Both the position numbers and the translations under genes were made by a program. A stretch of DNA of 64,000 bases, taken from positions 28,724-92,723 of the forward strand of contig JAUSKD010000003.1 in assembly GCA_030647195.1 (NCBI GenBank). Direction: 5' to 3'. The notes beneath the pieces are model-generated. The model saw only the letters and a program-made list of their open reading frames with translations, had not been told where the DNA came from and searched no databases. This DNA comes from Candidatus Peribacter sp. Its GTDB lineage: Bacteria > Patescibacteriota > Gracilibacteria > Peribacterales > Peribacteraceae. This document shows positions 25,302 to 34,900 of the stretch, piece by piece; positions within the stretch are counted from its first letter, which is position 1, and every line of letters begins with the position of its first letter.

Positions 25302-26567
25302 ATGAACCAAGATCAAACAATCCTTTGTCCAAGCTGTGGTAAACCAGTGCCTCTGACTGAGGCGTTGACGTCCAAGATCAGAAAAGAGCTAGAAGGCGAG
25401 ATGGCTGTTCAGGAGAAGCAGAAGGAAGCTGATCTATTAGCTAGAGAGAAGGAAATTAAACGTCAGGAAGAGGAGGTAGAGAAGCAGAAGAAGAACACCA
25501 ATGACGTGGTGCAAGAGAAGCTGGCTTCAGAGAGAGTGAAGCTTAAGCAGGAAGCAGAGAGAGAAGCTGAGAAGAAAGTGCAGTTGGAACTTAAAGATGC
25601 ACAGAGTCAGAACGAAGAAATGGCAAAGAAGCTAGAGGAGACACAGAAGAACGAGCTTGAACTTCGCAGAAAGACGCGCGAGCTTGAGGAGAAAGAGAAA
25701 AACGCGGACCTAGAACTTGAGCGACGATTAGCTGAGGAAAGAAATCAGGTATTCACTAAAGCAAAACAGGCATCAGACGAAGAGCATCGCCTTAAAGAAC
25801 TAGAGAGTGAGAAGCAAATGGACGGCCTGAAGAAAACAATTGATGAACTCCAACGAAAAAGCGAACAAGGCTCCATGCAGATTCAAGGCGAAGTCCAAGA
25901 GGAGGATCTGAAGGCCAGCCTACAACGCGCATTCCCGACAGACACTTTCACGGACGTGCCGACTGGAGTGCGTGGAGCTGATCTAATTCAGACAGTCGTA
26001 GCGCGTAACGGAACCATTGCGGGAACTATTTTGTGGGAAAGTAAGAACACCAAGCATTGGGGCGGTGACTGGCTACAGAAGCTCAAAGATGATCAGGTAG
26101 CGGCGAAAACCGATCTATGTGGCCTCATCTCGCAGTGTTTGCCGGAAGGACTTGTGAACTTCGGCTCTATGGAGAACGTCTGGGTCTCAGATTATAAGTG
26201 CGCTAGAGATGTTGCTGCAGTACTCCGGCATCACCTCATTGAACTTACCAAGTTGAAAGGAGTGCAAGTAGGGAGGGACGAAAAGATGGAAGTTATCTAT
26301 AGCTATCTTACGAGTCCTCAATTCAACAACCGAATGCAGTCTATAGTCGGAGCATTCCAAAGTATGAAAACCCAGCTGGATAAAGAGAAGATCGCAATCC
26401 AGCGAATTTGGGCTAAGAGAGAGAAGGAAATGGATCGTATGATTGGAAATACTGTAGGAATGTATGGTGACTTGCAAGGCTTGATGGGTGCAGCACTGCC
26501 AACAATTGCAAGTCTTGAATTGTCGGACGGGGAAGAGGCCTCTGAAGAAGAAGTCTCGGATCATTAA
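25302..26567 (+). CDS. DUF2130-like protein: N-terminal zinc ribbon, long coiled coil, C-terminal PD-(D/E)xK-like nuclease
   Basis: ILCPSCGKPV at the N-terminus, about 180 aa of E/K-rich heptad-like sequence, then GADLIQTV...ILWESKNTK (D...ExK). ATG at 25302 preferred over the TTG at 25290. Confidence 0.55.
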   Translation: MNQDQTILCPSCGKPVPLTEALTSKIRKELEGEMAVQEKQKEADLLAREKEIKRQEEEVEKQKKNTNDVVQEKLASERVKLKQEAEREAEKKVQLELKDAQSQNEEMAKKLEETQKNELELRRKTRELEEKEKNADLELERRLAEERNQVFTKAKQASDEEHRLKELESEKQMDGLKKTIDELQRKSEQGSMQIQGEVQEEDLKASLQRAFPTDTFTDVPTGVRGADLIQTVVARNGTIAGTILWESKNTKHWGGDWLQKLKDDQVAAKTDLCGLISQCLPEGLVNFGSMENVWVSDYKCARDVAAVLRHHLIELTKLKGVQVGRDEKMEVIYSYLTSPQFNNRMQSIVGAFQSMKTQLDKEKIAIQRIWAKREKEMDRMIGNTVGMYGDLQGLMGAALPTIASLELSDGEEASEEEVSDH

Positions 26568-27070
26568 TCATGAGAAATAAGTGATATTCTCCTAGATCTC
26601 TACTTGCTATTTTTTCGTTCAGGAGCAACTTCGCTTGAATATCTTTGCAAGGTAATTCTATGGTCTTTCTACTATGGCTGACTTCAGAGACCAACTCCCC
26701 AAGAAATACAAAGACGTCGACTTCACCAATGCGATTGCACTTCTTGTCTTAATGCAACAGATTCAAGAACAACAACCTCTCTCAGATCCAGATGTCGTCG
26801 TTATCGACAGAGATGGGGAATGGTTGTACTAAGTTCGGAATTACTCCCGGAAGCTCTTTGACGAAATAGGGATCACATGACTAATGCAAATGGCAATGGA
26901 GTAGAGTTACGAAGAGCCGAAATGATCATATCCAATGTTTGCTTCAGTCCAAGAAGTGTTTTACTTGCGGTAACTGCATCGGTTTTGAGAGTATTGTTTA
27001 GTTCGGAATTGGTACCGAATGCTCCACCATCTTTATTATTATTCCTTCATCATTCTTCATCTCCCTCTGC

Positions 27071-27076
27071 TATACT
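27071..27076 (+). promoter_or_regulatory. -10-like box TATACT, 8 nt upstream of ATG 27085
   Basis: Seen in sequence; no Shine-Dalgarno. Confidence 0.3.
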
Positions 27077-27084
27077 CCTCGTTC

Positions 27085-27879
27085 ATGGTGCCCATCATCC
27101 GCGCATCAGAGGTGACCAAGAAATTTCGCGACTTCACGGCCGTGGACCATATTTCGTTTGAAGTGGAACACGGGCAAATCTTCGCCTTTCTCGGCCCCAA
27201 CGGCGCCGGCAAAACGACGACGATCAAAATGCTCACGACCCTGCTGCGTCCTACGAGCGGAAAAATCGAAATCAACGGGCACGATCCGGTCACCGATCAG
27301 AATGCCGCGCGCCAGTCGTTTGGCATCGTCTTTCAGGATCCCAGTGTGGATGACGAGCTGACGGCGTGGGAGAACATGGAGATCCACGGGGTGCTGTACG
27401 GCCTTGAGAAGAAGCTCCGGCGGCAGCGCATCGAGCAACTCCTCGAGATTGTCGAGCTCTCGGACCGCAAAAACAGTCTGCTGCGCGAATTTTCGGGCGG
27501 CATGAAGCGGCGGCTCGAGATCGCGCGCGGTCTTCTGCACCACCCCAAGATTCTCTTTCTCGACGAGCCGACCATCGGGCTCGATCCGCAGACCCGCAAC
27601 CACATGTGGGAGTACGTGCTTGCACTCAATAAGAGCGAAGGCATCACGGTGTTCCTGACGACGCACTACATGGAGGAGGCCGACCGCGTGGCCGACACAA
27701 TCGCGGTCATCGATCATGGCAAGATCATCGCCCACGGTTCATCCGCAGATCTTCAGCAGCGCACGCAGACCGCCAGTCTCGAAGGGGCGTTCCTCTCCCT
27801 CACGGGGCACGCCCTCCGCGACGAGCAGCTGGGCAGTGCCGATCAGTTCCGCATGCATATGCGCAACATGCGCCGTTAA
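27085..27879 (+). CDS. ABC transporter ATP-binding protein (ABC-2/DrrA-like)
   Basis: Walker A GPNGAGKTT, signature FSGGMKRRL and Walker B ILFLDEPT. Start trimmed to MVPIIRASE. Confidence 0.9.
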   Translation: MVPIIRASEVTKKFRDFTAVDHISFEVEHGQIFAFLGPNGAGKTTTIKMLTTLLRPTSGKIEINGHDPVTDQNAARQSFGIVFQDPSVDDELTAWENMEIHGVLYGLEKKLRRQRIEQLLEIVELSDRKNSLLREFSGGMKRRLEIARGLLHHPKILFLDEPTIGLDPQTRNHMWEYVLALNKSEGITVFLTTHYMEEADRVADTIAVIDHGKIIAHGSSADLQQRTQTASLEGAFLSLTGHALRDEQLGSADQFRMHMRNMRR

Positions 27880-27890
27880 TTCCCGCCATC

Positions 27891-28640
27891 ATGCTCTCCA
27901 CTCTCTACATCCTCTGGCTCCGCCAACTCAAGCGCTTCGTGCGCTCCCGCGCGCGCGTGATCGGTTCGCTTGGCCAGCCGATCCTCTTCCTCTTTGCGCT
28001 CGGGTTCGGGCTCGGCCCCATGTTCCAGAAGTCCGGCGGCGGCAATTACATCCAGTTCCTGGCCCCGGGCGTGATCTGCATGGCGATCCTGTTCACCGCC
28101 GTATTCACGGGTATCGAGATCATCTGGGACCGTCAGTTCGGGTTCCTGAAAGAGACGCTCGTCGCCCCCGTCTCGCGCATGAGCATCATGCTGGGCAGGA
28201 CGCTCGGCGGCGCCACGGTGGCCACGATTCAGGGGCTGATCGTCTTCCTGATCGCCCTCATCGCCGGGTTCCGCCCCGAATCCGTGTATTCCGTCGCGCT
28301 CGCGCTCCCCATCATGTTCCTGATCGCTTTACTCTTCACGGCGTTCGGCACCGGAATCGCCTCGGTCATGGATGACTTCCACGGCTTTCAGCTGGTCATG
28401 AACTTCCTCGTCATGCCGCTCTTCTTCCTTTCGGGCGCGCTCTTTCCGCTGGAGGGCCTGCCGCCGATCGTCGCGGTCATCACCCGCATCGATCCGCTGA
28501 CGTACGGGGTGGATGCCATGCGCGGCGTGTTTATCGGCGCATCGCATTTGGGGATGCTGACAGACCTCTCCGTGCTGTCGCTCTGGACTCTGCTCTGCCT
28601 CTTTGTCGGCAGTTATCTCTTTTCGAGGATTCAGGTGTGA
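27891..28640 (+). CDS. ABC-2 type transporter permease
   Basis: Six hydrophobic segments; lies 11 nt after the ATPase gene. Confidence 0.8.
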   Translation: MLSTLYILWLRQLKRFVRSRARVIGSLGQPILFLFALGFGLGPMFQKSGGGNYIQFLAPGVICMAILFTAVFTGIEIIWDRQFGFLKETLVAPVSRMSIMLGRTLGGATVATIQGLIVFLIALIAGFRPESVYSVALALPIMFLIALLFTAFGTGIASVMDDFHGFQLVMNFLVMPLFFLSGALFPLEGLPPIVAVITRIDPLTYGVDAMRGVFIGASHLGMLTDLSVLSLWTLLCLFVGSYLFSRIQV

Positions 28641-28734
28641 GCGTGTATTCCGTATGTTCCTTTCCGGGGTTCTATCATTGACGAAATGAATATCAAGTTT
28701 AGAATTTCACTCCTACTCCTTCCAATCCACTGTC

Positions 28735-28983
28735 ATGAGTATCGAACAACAAGTGCACGAAGAATCTGACGGGGCAGGACATCCGCCCGTTCGTCCGGAG
28801 GATGATGCTGCGGTGAGGAATATCATGCAGGGTCTTTTCCCTGTGCAGGGATTGATGCCCGGGGCAGCTCGCCCTTCCCGGCGGGCATGCATCAAGGGCA
28901 GTCCCGAGACCGATCAGCGCACGGTAGAGCAGCGCCTTGCGGATGTACGCAGGTTGCAGGATGAGATCGACGCGCAGGGTTGA
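28735..28983 (+). CDS. Small hypothetical protein (82 aa)
   Basis: ORF only. Confidence 0.25.
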   Translation: MSIEQQVHEESDGAGHPPVRPEDDAAVRNIMQGLFPVQGLMPGAARPSRRACIKGSPETDQRTVEQRLADVRRLQDEIDAQG

Positions 28984-29003
28984 TCATCCAATATAGGTCA
29001 CAA

Positions 29004-29039
29004 GAAAAAATGCCACCCCTCTCTCGCGATCGGGGTGGC
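29004..29039 (-). terminator. Rho-independent terminator for the SLH gene 29063-29683 (possibly bidirectional)
   Basis: Stem GCCACCCC (29012-29019) pairs with GGGGTGGC (29032-29039). On the minus strand it is followed by ATTTTTTC. Confidence 0.65.
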
Positions 29040-29062
29040 GTTTCAAATACTGGAAAGGGGAT

Positions 29063-29683
29063 TTACTGTGCCTTCTTCATCGCCCGCGTCGTCCACAGCA
29101 TTTTCGACAGTTCGCCGCGGGTGATGGGGCCGTTCAGGTCGGCATCGGCCGAAAGCGCACCTCCGTCGATGAGAGCTTTGACATAGTGAGCGGACCACTG
29201 CTCGGAGGGATCGGTGGTATCCGTCGCAAGCTGGAAGGCTTTGGCCAGTGCCTTTGCTGCTTCGGCACGCGTCACGAGGGCATTCGGGCGGAAGTTGCCG
29301 TCCGTGAAGCCGCGCATGACTCCCGCACGCATGGCAGTGCAGAGGTCGATGCCGTACGAGGCGTCTTTCTCCACATCACGGGCGAGGAGCGAGTAATCGG
29401 ATTCCGAGAGCTTGGGGAAGCAGCGCTCCGAAGGCTTGAAGAGCCGGCGCACGATTGCGGCCACGAAGGTGGAGCGCTTGATCAGAGCGTCGGAGTTCCA
29501 GGTGTAGGCGACCGGTTCCACGGCGGGCAGCGGAGGAGGCTTGGCCGCGACGAGGGGTTCTTCCGTGATCACCTGCATGGGCGGGCCGGGAGGCAGCGTC
29601 ACGTCTTCGGGAAAGTACGCAGACGCCATCTGGGGGAGAAGCAGGGAACAGATGAGGAGAGCGGAGAGGGAGCGGGTAGACAT
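29063..29683 (-). CDS. Secreted SLH-domain protein
   Basis: Signal peptide MSTRSLSALLICSLLLPQMASA and the SLH-like motif FTDGNFRPNALVTRAEAAKALAKAF. Confidence 0.6.
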   Translation of the reverse strand: MSTRSLSALLICSLLLPQMASAYFPEDVTLPPGPPMQVITEEPLVAAKPPPLPAVEPVAYTWNSDALIKRSTFVAAIVRRLFKPSERCFPKLSESDYSLLARDVEKDASYGIDLCTAMRAGVMRGFTDGNFRPNALVTRAEAAKALAKAFQLATDTTDPSEQWSAHYVKALIDGGALSADADLNGPITRGELSKMLWTTRAMKKAQ

Positions 29684-29934
29684 GGGGTATGGGGAAAAGG
29701 GGGCGATTGTGAACGATCCTTGTCATCTCTGCAACAGGCATTGAACACAGGAATTGCCCTGTGCTCCTGATGCAGACATCCCTTTTGTTGGCGGATTGAA
29801 AAGTGAATGTCTCTGTTGCAATGAAACCAACGCGCGAAAGCGGGCTTCGCCCGCTTGGAGCGCAACCGCTTGGGGAAGGGTGGGTCCACGGGAGGGACAC
29901 CGCAGGTGGCCATCCCGAGCTTTGCGCGGAGTGC

Positions 29935-31092
29935 TCAATTCTCGGGGATTTGCAGCTTGCTCAGCATGCGCATGAAGGCCGTTTGCGGGTTATGCAGTTG
30001 GCTGCCGCAGTGCAGAGTGAAGCGCACGAAGCGCTTGGGCGTGATGATGAAGGCGCTGCGGCCCGTACAGGCGTCGGTGGTTTCGTCGTAGAGAATCGTC
30101 CAGGTGTGATCCACAATTTCATCCGAGAGGATGTGCACAGCGGGATCGGCGCGCAGCGCATCCAGCGCATCCGCCGCTCCCTTATGATCAAAGCCCGTCA
30201 GCGAGAAATCCGTTTCGATACAGAGGCTTCCACCCAGGCACTTTCTCTGCGGGCCGGCGAAGAGCTGCCAGAGCGTCGGCAGTTTGGGGGAGAGCGAACC
30301 GTCATAGGTGCTGCGGGTCACCAGGTGCGGTACGGGCCAGGAGTTGGGGTAGGAGAGCGCGTAGCCGAGCGTTTCATTGTGCGCTTCCGCCCACGTGACA
30401 GGATTCGCCACCTCCACTTCGTCGAGCGCGATGCGCTGTGCGGGGGGCAGTTCGGAGGGGAGCTTCAACAGCCGCGCCAGCATCTCGGCCACTTCGCCGC
30501 GCGTGAGGATGTGCGCATAGCCCTGCGCCGAAGGCGGAATGGCTCCTTCGCTGTCCATGTAGTGCAGGTAGGGCTTGTACCATTCCGTCCCGAGGAGGTC
30601 CAAGTCCGGGATCTCGATCGGGGCCAGCTTGAAAGCGATCGAGAGGATCTTCGCCCCCTCGGCGAGGGTGATGGGGCGGTCGGGGCGGAAACTTCCGTCC
30701 CCGTAGCCGGAGACGAACCGGTACGACCAGGCAACGCATACGGACGGCGCGTACCACGCATCCGTCGTCACGTCCGAGAATTGCATGCCGAGGCCGTACT
30801 TCTGCAGCGAAGAGGCATCGTCGAGGCAGCCGTCGATGAGGACCTGCGGAGAGAGAGCATGGACGATCATCTTTACGAATTCCGCGCGGGTCACGGCAGA
30901 CTCCGGCCAGAAGGCGTGGTAATCGCCGGGGACGATGAATCCCTGCACGATACCGCGCTGCCGCAGGAGCTCGATGGCTTCAGCATAGGGATGTGTATCG
31001 GGCACGTCCGAGAAAGCCGAAGCCGCTGCTGCGGTGGGCAGGCATCCGAGGGCGATGATGACGAGAGAAGCGATCCAGCGGAGCGTCCACAT
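29935..31092 (-). CDS. Secreted SLH-domain protein
   Basis: FSDVPDTHPYAEAIELLRQRGIVQG and FSDVTTDAWYAPSV...GYGDGSFRPDRPITLAEGAKIL. Start trimmed to MWTLRWIASL. Confidence 0.65.
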   Translation of the reverse strand: MWTLRWIASLVIIALGCLPTAAAASAFSDVPDTHPYAEAIELLRQRGIVQGFIVPGDYHAFWPESAVTRAEFVKMIVHALSPQVLIDGCLDDASSLQKYGLGMQFSDVTTDAWYAPSVCVAWSYRFVSGYGDGSFRPDRPITLAEGAKILSIAFKLAPIEIPDLDLLGTEWYKPYLHYMDSEGAIPPSAQGYAHILTRGEVAEMLARLLKLPSELPPAQRIALDEVEVANPVTWAEAHNETLGYALSYPNSWPVPHLVTRSTYDGSLSPKLPTLWQLFAGPQRKCLGGSLCIETDFSLTGFDHKGAADALDALRADPAVHILSDEIVDHTWTILYDETTDACTGRSAFIITPKRFVRFTLHCGSQLHNPQTAFMRMLSKLQIPEN

Positions 31093-31194
31093 GGGGGTGC
31101 AGGGGAGTGCTGGTATACCAGCATAGCAGATGACGGGCACAAGAGTCGTGAATCTCGCGATGCGCTATGATGCCTGCACTTTCCACTTTCACTC

Positions 31195-31389
31195 ATGGAT
31201 CACCAGGAACTCCAGAAACGTGTCGAGGCCTTTCTCAAGGATCTCCATATCCCGAGCTTCATCGTCTTCGGTTTTCAGAAGAACGACAAGGAGTTCGGCT
31301 TCATCGCTTCATACCAGCAAATGCCGACCAACGTGGCGATCAAGGGGCTCACCTGGGCGCTGCATGATTTTGTGAATAAGCTGCCGTAG
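31195..31389 (+). CDS. Small hypothetical protein (64 aa)
   Basis: ORF only. Confidence 0.3.
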   Translation: MDHQELQKRVEAFLKDLHIPSFIVFGFQKNDKEFGFIASYQQMPTNVAIKGLTWALHDFVNKLP

Positions 31390-31407
31390 AGATCTCTCGC
31401 AAGTGTT

Positions 31408-31506
31408 GTCATCCTGAGCTCTGTCGAAGGATGACTTCGTGTGTCTATGGTTCGACCCAGCCTTCGCTTGCGAGCTACGGCGGGCAGGCAGGGCTCACCA
31501 TGACAC
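31408..31506. repeat. REP-like hairpin pair between convergent genes
   Basis: First hairpin GTCATCC-TGAGCTCTGTCGAA-GGATGAC (31408-31435). A second, longer hairpin has arms GTGTCTATGGT and ACCATGACAC (31441-31506). Confidence 0.6.
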
Positions 31507-31512
31507 GCCTCA

Positions 31513-31905
31513 TTATCGGATGATTTCCTTCATCACCCAGTTCGCAAAGCCGATCGCGGCGGCGACCACGATCCAGCCCCAGACTCCGCCGAAGATATCG
31601 AGCCCCACGATGGCGGGGTCCATCCTGAGGACGAGAAGGTGCACCAGCCACACGAAGAGGCCGTTCACGACGATCACGGCGAGAATGGTGGCGAAGAGCT
31701 TCAGGGGCAGTGTCAGGATGGCGAGGATCGGACGGACGAGGAGATTCAGGAGGGTCAGAAGCGCGCCGACGATGACAATCGCCCGCCACCCGCCGGTGAG
31801 CGCGAAGTACTGATCGAGGTACGTGGCCATCGCCCAGACGAGGGCGACATTCAGGATTGCCTTGATGGTGATTTTGAGCGGGAGGGAACCCGAAGAGTCG
31901 GCCAT
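31513..31905 (-). CDS. Phage-holin-4_2/DUF360 family membrane protein
   Basis: 130 aa with four hydrophobic helices; the pattern LLNLLVRPILAILTLPL is typical of the family. Confidence 0.55.
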   Translation of the reverse strand: MADSSGSLPLKITIKAILNVALVWAMATYLDQYFALTGGWRAIVIVGALLTLLNLLVRPILAILTLPLKLFATILAVIVVNGLFVWLVHLLVLRMDPAIVGLDIFGGVWGWIVVAAAIGFANWVMKEIIR

Positions 31906-31917
31906 AGCGGGGGCAGT

Positions 31918-34900
31918 CTACCTCTTCTTGAGTCTCACCGTCACGTGCGATCCGGAAATCTCGACAGGAACCGCTGGACCGTCATTCTCCTGCAGGACGG
32001 CATGCGTCTCCTGCGCAATCACGTTGCCGTATTCCTGCATGACGTCTTGCAGGCCCTCGATCGCGAGGATGATTTCATCCAGAAAGTGCAGCCCGGCTTC
32101 CTTGCGGATTTTTTGCACCGCACGGACGAGGTCGCGGGCCAGCCCCTCCCGTTTCAGCGCTTCAGAGACGGTCGTATCCATGCTCACCACCACGCCTTTC
32201 TCCACGGCGATATCTTCACCTTCTCTGCTGCGATAGGTGATGCTGACTTCATCGGGGGCGAGCACCTCATCCAAAATGAGCACGGTCCCGTCCTCCCGCA
32301 CAGTGAAGTCTCCGGTTTTTCCGGCCCTGATGATCTCCTGCACGCGCGCACCGAGCCGCGGTCCCACCTTGCGGGCGTCCACCTGCGCGATGCGCTCCGC
32401 GAGCTCGCCGGGGTCAGGGGCAAATTCCAGGTCTTTCACGTTCAGTTCATTTTTGAGCAGGTTGCGGTCTTCTTCGGTGAGTGTGATGCGGGCGAGGGCG
32501 GGTGGCAGGGCGACCACGGCGCGCGCGAGTGGTTGGCGCACTTTGAGTTTCTTTCCTGCGCGGATGCCGTGGCCGAGCGAGACGATCAGTTTGAGCAGAC
32601 GATGGCGGGCGATGAGTGCCTCCTCTTCATGTGTCAGCTCCTTGCAATCCGGCCAATCGGTCAGATGCACCGAGCCGTGATCCCCGGGCACGAGGTTGAT
32701 GTAGATCGCGTCGGTGATGAATGGGCAGAACGGGGCAAGCGTCTGGCAGACGGTGAGCAGAACATCGTAGAGCGTTGCGAGTGCTTCCGTCTGTTCGTCT
32801 TCGTGTGTCGACAGCTCGGCGGAGGGACTCGTGTCCTCTTCATCCACCGCGCCCTTGCCCGCGAAGCGGCGTCGCGAGAGCCGCACGTACCAGTTGGTGA
32901 GCGCATCAATCGTTTCGTGGATTTCCGCGCTGGCGGCCGAGAGGTCGTAGCGGTCGAGTTCCCGCGTGATGCGGTTCACGAGGTCCTGCACCTCGGCACG
33001 GATGTAGCGGTCCAGGGGATGATTACTGTGTCGGCGGCTTTCCACCGGTTCGAATTTTGCCGCATTGGCGTAGGTCACGAAGAAGCTGTAGACGTTCCAG
33101 AGCGGGAGCAAAACGGCGCGCACGGTTTCCGAAACGAGTGTCTCTGAGAAGCGCAGGTCTTCGCCCCGGACCGCAGGGGAGGCCATGAGCGTGAAGCGCA
33201 CGGCGTCCGCCCCGTGGCGGTGCACGACCTCGGTCGGCTCCGGATAATTCTTGAGACGCTTGCTCATCTTTTTGCCATCCTCGGCCAGCACGATGCCATT
33301 GACGATGCAGTTCATAAATGCGGGTTTCTTATAGAGGGCCGTCGACAGGATCATGAGGGTGTAGAACCATCCGCGCGTCTGGTCCATGCCCTCGGCGATG
33401 AAGTCCGCGGGGAAGCCGGGGGGGAGCTGAGAGCTTTGAGCTTTGAGCTTTGAGCCCGCTTTGTTTCTGCTGAAGGCGAAAGGGAAGTGGCTCTGCGCAT
33501 AGGGCATGGAGCCGGATTCGAACCAGCAGTCGAGCACCTCCGGAATACGTTTCATGAGTGCGGGCAGCTTGAGATCGATCGCCCCGGCGTTCTTGGGAGC
33601 GGTTGCAGCTGCCTCCGCCAGGGACAAATTTTCGACCAGTGCCTGCAGGCATTTGATCGGGCCCCCGTGGCAGGCCACGAGCACGCGTTTGCCCGGATAT
33701 TCGGCGCGGATGCGCTGCAGTGCTCCTTCCAGTCGCTGCAAAAAAGCCTCGAAACTCTCGCCGTTCGGGGGAGTCAGAGGGGAGAGGCCGGGGCTTGCGA
33801 TCACGCCGTTCGTCAGAATGGTCCTGAAGTTCTCTTCGGGTTTGCCGGTCCAATCGCCCGTATCGCGTTCATTCAATTCCTTCCACTTGGCCGCGTGCGG
33901 GACCTTCAATGCCGCGCTGAGGATCTCGGCCGTTTCGACCGCGCGCTTCAGGTCCGAAGAAATGATCACGTCGAATTTCTGCTTCTTCAGTTTCTTCGCA
34001 AGCGCATGCACCTGCGCTCTTCCTGTCTCATTGAGCAGCGAATCGGTGTTCCCGCCATTGACCTTGTCCTGCTTGTTCAGATCCGTCTCGCCATGACGGA
34101 CCAGGGTGAGCTGCGTGTCACCCTTCTCTGCAGACGCTCCCCACGTGATGTCATCCACGATGTGCTTGTGCAGGTCGAGCTCACGCTGCGTGCGATGATC
34201 CCAGAAGAAGGAGAGCGGCTCGGCGTACCGGGGGTACGGCCGGTGATTCAATTTCAGCGGATCTTCGCCGGTGAAGAAGTGCCGAATGTTCTGCACGGGA
34301 TCGGCGTGCGTGACGATGACGATGTGGTCGCCGCGGTGGCGGGGAAGGATTTCCGTGAGGAATGCGCTGATGCGCTCATGGACGGCGCCGAAGGTCTCCA
34401 TCCCCGGAAAGTGGTAGATGCTCTCGGGCGCATTGGTCTCGAGCTTGTGCGCGCGTCTTGCCTTCACGAAGGTCAGATCAGAAAAATCGACGGTCTTGCC
34501 CTCGTAGTCCCCGAAGGTGACTTCGTGCAGGCGCTCATCCACGATCAGGGGCGCACCGGTCGCCTTGGCGATCACGGCCGCGGTTTCCTTCGTCCGGTCT
34601 AAGGGCGAACAGTAGATGGCGGAGATTTCCCCGACATTCAGAAAAGCTGCGGCAGACGCGGCCTGCGTCTTGCCTTGGTCCGTCAGGTGCGAGCCCGGAC
34701 ACTTGCCCTGATAGATCGGAATGAGGTTTCCTTCACTCTCGCCGTGCCGGAGGACCGTCACTTTGGTGAAGCGGATCTTCTGATGCGCCATAAGGTCGTC
34801 CCGGCTTTGGATCACCTCCACATCCTCTCCGATCGTTTCTGCCCTTTCCCCCTTTTCTTTCCTTTCTGTCCTCCAAATGGGCAGGGGGGTTCCCCAGTAG

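Larger units (their letters stand above)
19347..27031. mobile_element. AT-rich genomic (defence) island inserted at the 3' end of ssrA; no integrase present
   Basis: Abrupt drop in G+C (one sampled line gives 37%). The island is flanked by the 10-mer CTCCACCATC (19339-19348 and 22 nt... 27022-27031) and by degenerate tmRNA T-arm-like repeats at 19390-19410, 26831-26853 and 27000-27031. Confidence 0.65.

Noticed and set aside
26674-26832. 52-codon ORF (MADFRDQLPKKYKDV...) at the right end of the island
   Set aside because: No motif, no clear promoter or partner gene, and it ends inside the att-like repeat. The support is insufficient to call it a gene.
26877-27161. 94-aa ORF spanning the island/host boundary
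   Set aside because: It crosses the compositional junction and overlaps the real start of the ABC ATPase gene in another frame.
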